In this document: positions 21,284 to 30,168 of the stretch, piece by piece
Layout: every line of letters starts with the position of its first letter
Position numbering within the stretch: position 1 is the stretch's first letter
NCBI GenBank assembly: GCA_963796285.1
Contig: CAWCKW010000013.1
Span: 480,001-544,000 of the forward strand
Direction: 5' to 3'
DNA: 64,000 nucleotides
Origin: Nitrospirota bacterium
GTDB taxonomy: Bacteria; Nitrospirota; UBA9217
The notes under the pieces: generated by a model
The model's database searches: none
The model's input: only the letters and a program-made list of their open reading frames with translations
Told to the model about the DNA's origin: nothing
Made by a program: the position numbers and the translations under genes

Positions 21284-22624
21284 TTACGCTCTCGCCTTCA
21301 GAAAGGTCGGGAGCTGGTTCGCTTCCCGGGGGCCCACGGTGATCTTCCAGCCCGGCAGCTTCTCTTCCAGCGCACCGGAGAGCACGGCCACGTAACCGGG
21401 GATGATAAGCTCCTTGTGGCTGATGCTCTTTTCCACACCGCTCTCGGAAACGAACTGGGCGATCTTGCTTGCCGTGAATTTGCCTGCTGCCCAGGCCGTG
21501 AGCACGGACAGTCCTTCATTGTCCATGACCGCGAGCCATGACGGCACCTTGCTGTTCTCCACCTCGCCGCGCACGATAAAATACGAAAGCGAGAAGTTGG
21601 TGGTGATCATGAGCGGCGAATTCTCTTTTGCGTCGCCGACCTTGTAGATATTCTGCGCGACCTGCATCGGCACCTGAGGATCGGTGTAGATGTTCTGGCG
21701 CAGCGACAGCAGCGCGAGCATCTTCCATTTTTCAACGTTGTTCAGAATGATGATGGAGGCATACTTCATTGTCCCGATGGCGGCGGCGATGCTCTCGCTT
21801 ACCGAATCGTCACGGGTCGCGAAGGTAATGACCGGATAGCCGAGGGGCTTGAAGTTCTTCTTGATCGCGGCACGCCGGATGATGGTGAAGTGCTCGATCA
21901 TGTCCTTTGCCTTGCGCGCGCCGGAGTCGAGGACCAGATCGTCAACGCCGAGCGCCTTCACCTTCTCGGACAGGGCGGTCAGAGCGTCCAGCCCGTCCGC
22001 GGCAACCGCGAGGGAGGCCTTCTTTTCTTTTGCGATCTTGGCCATGGCTTCGGCGTTCTCGGCGGTCGCGGCGTAGATGAGCGGCTTCTTGTCAGCGCAG
22101 TGCGCAATGCCCGCTTCGATGGTCGCGGGCGTCTTGCTCACGAGGATCAGCGGCACGCCCGGCGCTCCGTCAACAACCTGCTTCACGACCGAGGCGAACT
22201 TAGCCGCGTCGCCGCCCTCGTCGGTCACGGCGATCGCGTCAACCCTGAGCTTCTGGCCGACCCGGTCGATCTCAGAATGCTTTACTGCCTCGATCTTCTT
22301 TGCCGCGGCGTCGCCGGCCTCGGAGGCCTTGATCGCGACCGCGAAGATATTGGGGTTGAAGAATTTTTTCTCGTGGCGGAACATGCAGATCTCGCCGCCC
22401 ACCTTCACGGCCTTGTCGCCCGTACCGAGCGTGATGTCGCGGATCGGCGGCGCTGCCGACTCGCCCAGGATCTTCTTCGCGTCATCGGACGCGTCAGGGC
22501 AGGCATCGAGGCTCGCCTGCTTTGCGGCAAGCTTCATGGCAAAGGCGAGGCAGGTTGGATGGCCGCACTTCTTACAGTTTGTCTTCGGTAGATGCTTGAA
22601 TATTTCAATACCGGATAGTGCCAT
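21284..22624 (-). CDS. acsC: Corrinoid iron-sulfur protein large subunit
   Basis: LPKTNCKKCGHPTCLAFA, YTDPQVP, TTNFSLSY, GPREA. Confidence 0.97.
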   Translation of the reverse strand: MALSGIEIFKHLPKTNCKKCGHPTCLAFAMKLAAKQASLDACPDASDDAKKILGESAAPPIRDITLGTGDKAVKVGGEICMFRHEKKFFNPNIFAVAIKASEAGDAAAKKIEAVKHSEIDRVGQKLRVDAIAVTDEGGDAAKFASVVKQVVDGAPGVPLILVSKTPATIEAGIAHCADKKPLIYAATAENAEAMAKIAKEKKASLAVAADGLDALTALSEKVKALGVDDLVLDSGARKAKDMIEHFTIIRRAAIKKNFKPLGYPVITFATRDDSVSESIAAAIGTMKYASIIILNNVEKWKMLALLSLRQNIYTDPQVPMQVAQNIYKVGDAKENSPLMITTNFSLSYFIVRGEVENSKVPSWLAVMDNEGLSVLTAWAAGKFTASKIAQFVSESGVEKSISHKELIIPGYVAVLSGALEEKLPGWKITVGPREANQLPTFLKARA

Positions 22625-22647
22625 GGGAAAACTCCTTTCAAGGCTTA

Positions 22648-22707
22648 ACCACAGAGAGCACAGAGGAATCTCAACAGCATGAATATTTTCTCTGTGACCT
22701 CTGTGGT
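22648..22707. repeat. REP-like inverted element (acsD/acsC)
   Basis: accacagagagcacagag ... ctctgtgacctctgtggt. Confidence 0.8.
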
Positions 22708-22720
22708 GAAATTTGTTTGA

Positions 22721-23659
22721 CTACATCAACTCTGTTATGAATTCCTTGGCCTTTGCCGCTGCGCCGGGATGGCGCATGATCAGCGTATCCGCGCCCGCCG
22801 TGATCATGGCTGATGCGGTCATGGCCTCCCAGGCGAGGGCGCGGTCTTCCAGGCCGCCCCATTCCGGCATCTCGCTTTCCGGTGCCATGGTTTCCTTGAC
22901 CTTCCAGACGTTCGCGCCGATGTCGCAGAGGATCGGGGTCTGCATCATGGGATCGTTCTGCAGGAGCGCTGCAAGACGGATGCGCTCCATCACGCTGTAG
23001 GTATATTCAAGGCCGTACCCCAGTGCCGAGGACATGGGGTCCATGATGATCTTCTCTTTGTCGAATCCCATCTGGGAAAGCAGGATATTGAGCTGTTTGG
23101 CGAGGTTCACGTCCAGCTGGCTCATGGCAATGAGCTTATGCTCGTTCGCCATTGCAGCCGCCGCAACTGTCTTGTAGTTCTCCTCCACGGCCTTGCCGAT
23201 CGCGCAGTTCTTCCCGCGCGTGGCAGCTGCCGCTGCCTGGAGCACCTGGGTGTCTTTCTCTACCGCGCCGCTGCCGAGGATGATGAGCGGGATGTCGATC
23301 GCAGCCGCGACCTCGGCCGCGACTTTGGCCGCCTCTTCAGGGCTCTTGTTCTGCTGGTCCGGGTGCGTGCCCATAAGCCGGAGCGCCACCATATCGGCGC
23401 CGCTCTGCTGGCAGAACTTTGCCCAGGCCACGGGACTCGACGCTGCTCCGCCGATCGCTTTCTTCAGGGACTCGGGCCAGTCATCGGGAGCGATATCCAT
23501 GATCTCCAGCGCGACGGCCGGCCTGTTCGGGAACGTTCCCTCGAACCCAAGGAAGGGCAGGGCGCTTGCCCCGCCGATGGTCACCGCTTTTGCGCCGGTA
23601 CCGATCTGTACGTTGTAGATCTTGCCGTTGTAGGTCTCTTTTGGTATTACGAGTGCCAT
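22721..23659 (-). CDS. acsD: Corrinoid iron-sulfur protein small subunit
   Basis: LDVNLAKQLN, LGYGLEYTYSVMERIR, MRHP. Confidence 0.96.
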   Translation of the reverse strand: MALVIPKETYNGKIYNVQIGTGAKAVTIGGASALPFLGFEGTFPNRPAVALEIMDIAPDDWPESLKKAIGGAASSPVAWAKFCQQSGADMVALRLMGTHPDQQNKSPEEAAKVAAEVAAAIDIPLIILGSGAVEKDTQVLQAAAAATRGKNCAIGKAVEENYKTVAAAAMANEHKLIAMSQLDVNLAKQLNILLSQMGFDKEKIIMDPMSSALGYGLEYTYSVMERIRLAALLQNDPMMQTPILCDIGANVWKVKETMAPESEMPEWGGLEDRALAWEAMTASAMITAGADTLIMRHPGAAAKAKEFITELM

Positions 23660-23698
23660 AACAACCTCCTGATTAATCTGTCCAAATCTATAAAGTCG

Positions 23699-23790
23699 GG
23701 GGTCTAAAGAATGGTCATTATAAAATGACGGGGTCTAAATGTCAAAGGTTTGTTCATGACCATTTAGATGCCCTTCAGACCCGTTGAACG
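23699..23790. repeat. Imperfect direct/inverted repeat spacer (acsE/acsD)
   Basis: gggtctaaa twice, opposed by atttagat...cttcagaccc. Confidence 0.5.
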
Positions 23791-23791
23791 T

Positions 23792-24580
23792 CTACATGTC
23801 TAAATATGAATGGGCATACATCTTCTTGCCCATGATCATCTCGACGGTCTTCACCGTGTCCATCATGTCCTTGTCAAGCGGGTCAATGATGGCGGCCGAA
23901 AGTCCTTCGTAGATGAGCATGGTGAGAAAACTCCGGTTGATGATCGGACGCACATGCTTCGGCGCGCCGTTCGAGATGTTCGAAAGCCCGACCACGGTCT
24001 GCATCGGAGGATCGTTCAACTGCTGGAACATCTTGACGGCCCTGATCGCCTGAAGCCCCTGGTCCTGCATGGTGCAGAGCTGGAGGATGAGCGGGTCTAA
24101 GAAGAGGTGCTCCATGGGCACGTCGTGCTCCATTGCGCGGGCCATGATCTCGGCCGCGATGCCGCAGCGGTCCTCGGCATCCGCCGGGATGCTGCCTTTG
24201 CCCAGGGTAAGCGCGATGATCTTCGCCTTGTACTTGCCGGCAAGTTCCATCATCGGGAACCGCTCCGGTTCATTGGACGTGGAGTTGATGATCGGCACAC
24301 CCCACGCGTTGTTGTGAGCCTTGAGCCCTGCTTCCATGGCCTGGATATTCGTCGTATCGAGACAGAGCGGCTTGTGAACCACTTCCTGCAAAACCTTCAC
24401 CGCCCAATCCATGAGCTTGGGACCGTTCTCCTCGGCCGGACCGATGGAAATGTCGATAAAATCCGCACCTGCCTTGGCCTGCGCCACGGCAAGCTCCTGG
24501 AGCGGCTTCGGGTCGAACTTCGTAAGGGCCTCGCGCACCTTCTTTGCAATAACGCTGATCTTTTCTCCGATTATAATCAT
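23792..24580 (-). CDS. acsE: Methyl-THF:corrinoid Fe-S protein methyltransferase
   Basis: IIIGEKI, LCLDTTN, INST, GLSNISNG. Confidence 0.94.
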   Translation of the reverse strand: MIIIGEKISVIAKKVREALTKFDPKPLQELAVAQAKAGADFIDISIGPAEENGPKLMDWAVKVLQEVVHKPLCLDTTNIQAMEAGLKAHNNAWGVPIINSTSNEPERFPMMELAGKYKAKIIALTLGKGSIPADAEDRCGIAAEIMARAMEHDVPMEHLFLDPLILQLCTMQDQGLQAIRAVKMFQQLNDPPMQTVVGLSNISNGAPKHVRPIINRSFLTMLIYEGLSAAIIDPLDKDMMDTVKTVEMIMGKKMYAHSYLDM

Positions 24581-24717
24581 GGGCCGAAACTTCTCCTTTC
24601 AAACTGGATCGAACCTTTTTAGTAACCTGCAGATAAACGCGCTGAACAACTACAAATCTATAAATCTTGCCAAGGGTGAACACGGTTTGAGAAACGTATG
24701 ATGCTCCGCACTCCGCA

Positions 24718-25605
24718 CTACTCAACCAGTTTCTGCAGCTCCTCGGCCATATCCCGGTTGATGCTTCCTTTTTCCCTTGCGACCGAGATGGTATGCCGCG
24801 CAAGTTCTTTATAGAGACCGAGAAGCTCAGGCGTTTTTTTCTGCATTGCCTCGAGATGCCCCTGGATCGTCTCAACATCACCGCGAGCAATGGGTCCGGT
24901 CAATGCATCCGCGGTCCCGAGGGTCTCTATATTATGAAGTGTGCCCCTGATGAGCGGGAGCAGGGCCTGAAGGGTTTCCTGTCTTTCCGCACCCAGCGCC
25001 TGATAGAATTTCAGTCCATAATCGACGAGCGCTACAAAATAGTTTGAAACCGCTATTGCTCCGGCGTGATACAGCGCGGCGGAGTCCTTGTCCGGGCTCC
25101 ATTTCGACATCACCAGCTCGATGCCTCCGAGCGCTTTGACCAGGTCCCTGGCGGCTTCCAGGCCCTCCGGGTCCGCCTCTGTACGAAAATACGATCCCGG
25201 GAGATTTTTAATTCCCTGTGCAGGACTGGGAACCGACTGAAGCGGATGGATCACCGCCCGATACGATCCCGACGATCGCGCCCCGGCAAGGATATCGAGC
25301 GACTGCCCACCGAACATATGCACGACGAGCGAACCTGCCTTAAGCCCGCCTTCTGCTGCAATTTTGTCGCAGACGTTCTTGATCGCCCCGTCCGGCGTGG
25401 TGATGAAAACAATGTCTGCCGTTGATGCCGCCTTCACCACATCGGTCGTCGGTTCTCCCGAGCCGATGAAGTCAGCGGCCTTTTCAGCCGATGCCATTGA
25501 GCGTGCCGCAACGGCGGTCACGGTATACCCCGCCTTCCTCAACAGGCAACCAACGGAACTGCCGACGCGACCTGCGCCTATAATGGCGACCGTTTTAGGG
25601 GTCAT
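24718..25605 (-). CDS. Rossmann-like/DUF2520 oxidoreductase (PanG-type ketopantoate reductase candidate)
   Basis: IIGAGRVG, HPLQS, YHAGA...SNY, LTGPIARGD. Confidence 0.85.
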   Translation of the reverse strand: MTPKTVAIIGAGRVGSSVGCLLRKAGYTVTAVAARSMASAEKAADFIGSGEPTTDVVKAASTADIVFITTPDGAIKNVCDKIAAEGGLKAGSLVVHMFGGQSLDILAGARSSGSYRAVIHPLQSVPSPAQGIKNLPGSYFRTEADPEGLEAARDLVKALGGIELVMSKWSPDKDSAALYHAGAIAVSNYFVALVDYGLKFYQALGAERQETLQALLPLIRGTLHNIETLGTADALTGPIARGDVETIQGHLEAMQKKTPELLGLYKELARHTISVAREKGSINRDMAEELQKLVE

Positions 25606-25608
25606 AGT

Positions 25609-26379
25609 CTACGGGATCAGTTTGTCAAGAACCGAATAAAAACTGGCAAGGGCCCTTGATTCCGGCGGAAGCTGAATCAGCGGTTTGCCGTTCAGATCGT
25701 ATTCAAAGATCAGCTCATCGGCTGGAACAAATCCTGCGAACTCGACGCTCTGCTGCTCGATCGCGTTCAGGAGCGATTTGTCCTCGCTCGTCCCGTTCTG
25801 TACCCGGTTCACGATCAAGACCGAGCGTTTGATGTTCAATTTCAGCTCTTTTACCAACTCGCCGATCCGGCCTGCGGTCATGATGCCGCGAACCGAGGAA
25901 TCGCTGATAATCATGAGCAGGTCCGTGTCCTGCGTCGTGCGTCGCGACAGATGTTCGAGGCCTGCCTCGTTGTCCATGACGGTGAAGGGATACGTGTCGG
26001 CCAGCTTGTCCATGTACTTGCGGATGATGTTGTTCGCCGCGCAGTAGCAGCCGGAACCTTCGGGCCTTCCCATCACGAGCAGGTCGAAGCCTTTTGCCTC
26101 TATCAATGCCTGCTGGATCTGGTAGTCGAAGAGCTGCTCCATGCTCATGCCGCCCGGACGGGGCGCCGTGGACTTGATCGCTTCGAGAGAGGTTTCGCGC
26201 AGTTTCCCGACGGTGGCGTGGACCTTCACGCCGAGCACATCGTTCAGATTCGCATTCGCGTCTGCATCAACGGCCAATATCGCGCCGCGCCTTTTTTCTG
26301 TCAAATATCGTATGGTCAGACCGCAGAGGCTGGTCTTGCCTGTGCCGCCCTTGCCTGCAACCGCTATGGTAAAACCCAT
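25609..26379 (-). CDS. cooC: CooC/AcsF nickel-insertion ATPase
   Basis: AGKGGTGKT, DADAN, GCYC, DNEAGLEHLSR. Confidence 0.93.
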   Translation of the reverse strand: MGFTIAVAGKGGTGKTSLCGLTIRYLTEKRRGAILAVDADANANLNDVLGVKVHATVGKLRETSLEAIKSTAPRPGGMSMEQLFDYQIQQALIEAKGFDLLVMGRPEGSGCYCAANNIIRKYMDKLADTYPFTVMDNEAGLEHLSRRTTQDTDLLMIISDSSVRGIMTAGRIGELVKELKLNIKRSVLIVNRVQNGTSEDKSLLNAIEQQSVEFAGFVPADELIFEYDLNGKPLIQLPPESRALASFYSVLDKLIP

Positions 26380-26395
26380 GGGACCTCGAACAACT

Positions 26396-26461
26396 GGGTC
26401 AAGGGTCATGGGACAAGGGTCAAAAGAATTTACCTGACCCATGACCCCTGCCCCTTGCCCC
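26396..26461. repeat. 7-nt periodic inverted repeat spacer (thyX/cooC)
   Basis: gggtcaa gggtcat gggacaa gggtcaa / tgaccca tgacccc tgcccct tgcccc. Confidence 0.85.
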
Positions 26462-26462
26462 G

Positions 26463-27194
26463 CTATTTCTTCATTACTCCGAACTTCTTCCTGACCTCTT
26501 CGATCTTGCCGCAGGTCATCTTGCCCTCGGGGCACGCGGCGTACAGACAACCGGGGCCTGATTTCCCGAAGATCGTCGGCGCGGCCTTTTTCACGTGGGC
26601 CAGCATGCGGTCGGCCATTTCCCGGATCTCCCACTGCGCCCGGTTGCAGCACCGCACGCGAAAGAAATGGAGAAGCTCCCGCGCGTTCATGGTGACCACT
26701 ATTTTTGTCTCGGCCGCGTTCGGCAGCAGATACCGCGCGTCCTGCTGGCCGACCTCACCCTTGTATCCGAGCTCCTCGAGCCGCTTGAGCACCTTCGTGT
26801 AGTTCTCCTGCGCCTCTGCCATGCACTTCTCGAACTCCCGGGAGATCGCGGCGTCCTGTTTGATGCTCGGAGGAATAATATAATCGAAATGCTCTTCCTT
26901 CACATAGCGCTGGCTCTGCTGCGAGTACGACGCCACGCGGTGACGGACAAGCTGATGCGAGCAGGCCCGGGAGATGCCTTCGATCCCGAAGGTGAACGAA
27001 ACATGCTCGATGGGAGAAAGGTGCCCGATGGTCGCCAGTTTCTCCACAAAGGCCGCCTGGTCCTTGGCCTCGATCTTCTCCTTGAGCTCCTCAACACCCG
27101 CAGCACTGTAGCAGAGCTTCGCGGCCATGGCCACGACTTCTTCGGGTTCCGGCGTATGCCGGAGAAGAACGACGTTCAATGATGCTTCTGGCAT
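26463..27194 (-). CDS. thyX: FAD-dependent thymidylate synthase
   Basis: HLSPIEH, RHRVASYSQQSQRY, DARYLLP, MNARELLHF, RAQWEIR. Confidence 0.96.
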   Translation of the reverse strand: MPEASLNVVLLRHTPEPEEVVAMAAKLCYSAAGVEELKEKIEAKDQAAFVEKLATIGHLSPIEHVSFTFGIEGISRACSHQLVRHRVASYSQQSQRYVKEEHFDYIIPPSIKQDAAISREFEKCMAEAQENYTKVLKRLEELGYKGEVGQQDARYLLPNAAETKIVVTMNARELLHFFRVRCCNRAQWEIREMADRMLAHVKKAAPTIFGKSGPGCLYAACPEGKMTCGKIEEVRKKFGVMKK

Positions 27195-27272
27195 GATCCC
27201 CTCCCCTCAGAAAGCCCCTCCGCACCCTGGTGAGCAAGAAAAGGGGGTAAAAACGGATGATAAAGGAATGAT

Positions 27273-27302
27273 ATTATAGCGAGCCGCTGTCTCATGAGTC
27301 AA
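27273..27302 (-). promoter_or_regulatory. Sigma70 promoter of thyX-acs-fdh-fhs unit
   Basis: TTGACT-18nt-TATAAT with an AT-rich upstream tract. Confidence 0.7.
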
Positions 27303-27422
27303 GAAAAAATAAGGAGACCCCTGTGAATTTTTTTAATTAACCTATAAATTTGATTGATAAAATTAACCGGCGCTGCCCAAAAATCGGTCAGATTGTTACG
27401 AATATACCTGTGTTTGATAGGA

Positions 27423-28223
27423 TTATTTAAAGCTGTGTTCTTCGGAAGGGAATTTTCCGTTCTCAACATCCTGCTTATACTCTTTTACCGCCTTGAGAGC
27501 CTGATCCTTAAGGTTTACGTACTTCTTGACGAACTTGGGTGTAAACCTGTCGAACAACCCCAGCACATCATGGAGAACGAGTACCTGACCATCGCAATCC
27601 GGTCCGGCACCGATCCCGATGGTCGGGATATGGAGCATCGTCTGGATCTCTTTTGCCAGGGAAACAGGCATGGCCTCAAGCACCACGGAGAAGGCGCCTG
27701 CGTCCTGGACCGACCGCGCGTCAGCAAGGATCTTCTCACGGGTGGCCTCGTCCTTGCCCTGTACCTTGAATCCGCCGAGGGTATGCATATACTGCGGAGT
27801 GAGCCCGATATGGGCCATGACGGGAATACCGGCATCGACGATCGCCCGGATGGCCTCTGCCATCTGGCTGCCGCCTTCAAGCTTCACTGCCTCGGCGCCG
27901 GCTTCTTTCAGGAACCGCCCGGCGTTGCGCACTGCGTCAGCCTTGTCTGTCTGATAGGACAGGAACGGCATGTCGCCCACGACCATGGCAGACACTGCCC
28001 CGCGCGATACCATTTTCGTGTGGTAGATCATCTCGTCCATGGTGACCGGCAACGTGCTCGATACGCCCTGCACCACCATGCCGAGGGAATCCCCGACGAG
28101 GATCATGTCGATCCCGGCCTGGTCCACGATCTGGGCAGTGGGATAATCGTAGGCCGTGAGCATGGTGATCTTCCTGCCTTCGGCCTTTTTCTTATAGATA
28201 TCGAGGATGGTTGTCTTCGGCAT
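27423..28223 (-). CDS. panB: 3-methyl-2-oxobutanoate hydroxymethyltransferase
   Basis: [33 protein letters not shown]; start set at MPKTT. Confidence 0.97.
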   Translation of the reverse strand: MPKTTILDIYKKKAEGRKITMLTAYDYPTAQIVDQAGIDMILVGDSLGMVVQGVSSTLPVTMDEMIYHTKMVSRGAVSAMVVGDMPFLSYQTDKADAVRNAGRFLKEAGAEAVKLEGGSQMAEAIRAIVDAGIPVMAHIGLTPQYMHTLGGFKVQGKDEATREKILADARSVQDAGAFSVVLEAMPVSLAKEIQTMLHIPTIGIGAGPDCDGQVLVLHDVLGLFDRFTPKFVKKYVNLKDQALKAVKEYKQDVENGKFPSEEHSFK

Positions 28224-28230
28224 AATCTTA

Positions 28231-28330
28231 TTTCGGATTGCGGAATGCGGATTGCGGAATAAACCTGTAAACCGTAAACTCCTCATAATGTCCGTAGAAT
28301 CCTCAATTTCCAATCCGCTATTCCGCATCC
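28231..28330. repeat. 7-nt periodic inverted repeat spacer (metF/panB)
   Basis: ttcggat tgcggaa tgcggat tgcggaa / ttccaat ccgctat tccgcat. Confidence 0.75.
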
Positions 28331-29302
28331 TTACACCTGCGGCCTTGGATACAATCCCGCTGCCTTCACGATCCCTTCGATGGCGCTCTCCCATTCAATG
28401 GCCTGGATATGCACGCCCCTTACCCCCGGCGTCTCCAGCAGCCTGGTGGATGAGCTCGATCGTGATCTTGATGCCTTCCTGCTCCTGAAGCTCCTTCATC
28501 TTCTTCTTATCTTCACCGGCGGCGGCCTTTGCCTTGTTCATCCTGTCGATCAGCTCTTTCGGCACGGACACGCCGGCAACGGAGGAGTCCATGTACTTCA
28601 GCATCATTGCGCTCTTCGGCACGATGATGCCGGCGAGGATCGCGGTCTTTTCATGGAGGCCCATGTTCCGGATCTTTGCCATCTGCTCGCGGAAAGACCC
28701 GATATCATAAATACCCTGGGTCTGGATGAAATCGGCGCCGGCATTCACTTTCTTCATGAGATTGATCGGCCTGAAATCGATGGGATCGGCCATGGGTGTC
28801 CAGGACGCGCCGATAAAGAACTTGGGCGGCACTTCGATCGGGTCGCCGCCGTCCTGCTTGCCCTCGTCGCGCATTTTCTTCATGATGCCGACGAGCTGGC
28901 AGGTATCGACATCATACACATTCTTTGCCCCGGGATGGCCCTTGAGCCTTCCCGCTGCGCTGAATTTCTGATGGTCACCGGCAAGGCAAAGACAGTTCTT
29001 AAGCCCAGCGCCGCGGCGCCGAGAAGGTCGGCCTGCATGGCAATGCGGTTACGGTCGCGGCAGGTCATCTGCATGACCGGTTCCAGGCCCTGCTGCAATG
29101 CGATGGCCGCAGCCGCGATGCTCGAGATGCGGACGACCGCGGTCTGGCAATCCGTGATGTTCGCCGCATCGCAGAAGCCCTTGAGCATCTGCGCTTTCTT
29201 GATGACCTCATGGGGATCGGCGCTCATCGGAGGGCCGAGCTCTGCCGTGACCGCGGGCTTGCCGCTGGCGATGACTTTTTCGAGTGTGCTTCCGCTCTTC
29301 AT
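28331..29302 (-). CDS. metF: Methylenetetrahydrofolate reductase; two frameshifts (near 29005 and 28442)
   Basis: [19 protein letters not shown]; reconstructs to [14 protein letters not shown]...GADFIQTQ...[13 protein letters not shown]...RPQV*. Confidence 0.9.
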
Positions 29303-29340
29303 TATCTAAACCTCCAAAATGGTAACGTCAAAATCATTTT

Positions 29341-29416
29341 TACCGCAGAGTCGCGGAGGACGCAGAAGAACTACTTGAATCATCTTCCTCTGTGTCTCTG
29401 TGTACTCCGCGGTAAA
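29341..29416. repeat. REP-like 9-nt-period inverted element (metV/metF)
   Basis: accgcagagtcgcggaggacgcagaag ... ctctgtgtctctgtgtactccgcggtaa. Confidence 0.75.
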
Positions 29417-29425
29417 AAGGTTATA

Positions 29426-30127
29426 TTACTTCCCGGCCTTCGCCTCTTCCTTCTCCTCGTATTCCCGGATATGCTCCAGCGATATGCGCCGCGGTCCGCC
29501 GTCGCGGGATGTTGACCAGTTGCGCGGCGGCAGGACCTCGGAGAGTTTCTCGAGCGTGCCGAGCTTCTTCATCCGCTCGACGATGAGGTACCAGGCGCAG
29601 TCCACGTCCTTGCTGATCTCGCACTTGCCCTTGTTCGTGCCGCCGCAGGGGCCGTTCATGAGCGTCTTGGCGCAGCGCGCAATGGGGCAGATTCCGCCGG
29701 TCATGTGCACGATGCAGTTCCCGCATCCCGCGCAGAGTTCCTTGAAATCGCCCGGCGCTTCCACGGCGCCGTAGAACGAGGTGTTGATGCCCGGATAGAC
29801 CGGGACGGTGCCGGTCCGGTCGGACAGGAAGTTCACCCCCACGCCGCAGGCCGTGGAGAGCACGAGGTCATACTTCTTCACCTCGTCGATCACGGGCTCG
29901 AAATACTCCGGCTCGCAATGGCGCATGACGCCCATGTGGTTCACCACCATGGATTTACCTTCCTGCGATGCCTTCATTTTGATGAGGGACGCAATGGTCT
30001 CGGCCTCTTTTTCGCCGCCAGCATGGCAGATCGCCACACAGGTATTGCAGCCGAACACGAGGACCTTTTTGAAGTCCTTTACCATGTTCCATATTTCGTC
30101 GATTGGTTTTTGTGATCCTACGATCAT
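29426..30127 (-). CDS. metV: MetV, Zn/Fe-S partner subunit of MTHFR
   Basis: GCNTCVAIC, ACGVG, CAGCGNC...GICPIARCAKTLMNGPCGG...C...CAW. Confidence 0.9.
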   Translation of the reverse strand: MIVGSQKPIDEIWNMVKDFKKVLVFGCNTCVAICHAGGEKEAETIASLIKMKASQEGKSMVVNHMGVMRHCEPEYFEPVIDEVKKYDLVLSTACGVGVNFLSDRTGTVPVYPGINTSFYGAVEAPGDFKELCAGCGNCIVHMTGGICPIARCAKTLMNGPCGGTNKGKCEISKDVDCAWYLIVERMKKLGTLEKLSEVLPPRNWSTSRDGGPRRISLEHIREYEEKEEAKAGK

Positions 30128-30168
30128 AGTCAATTACTCCTTTATATCGTACTCATTGGCACAAGCAG

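Noticed and set aside
13682-27368. Identical 14-mer TGATAAAATTAACC at 13682 and 27355, and a weak Rex-like site at 27321
   Set aside because: Several 14-mer matches are expected by chance in 64 kb; not palindromic; poor Rex half-site
28224-28394. N-terminal extensions in the ORF track for panB (also cooC 26380-26652 and cheA 52875-52940)
   Set aside because: They translate intergenic heptamer repeats or neighbouring genes; starts were moved downstream
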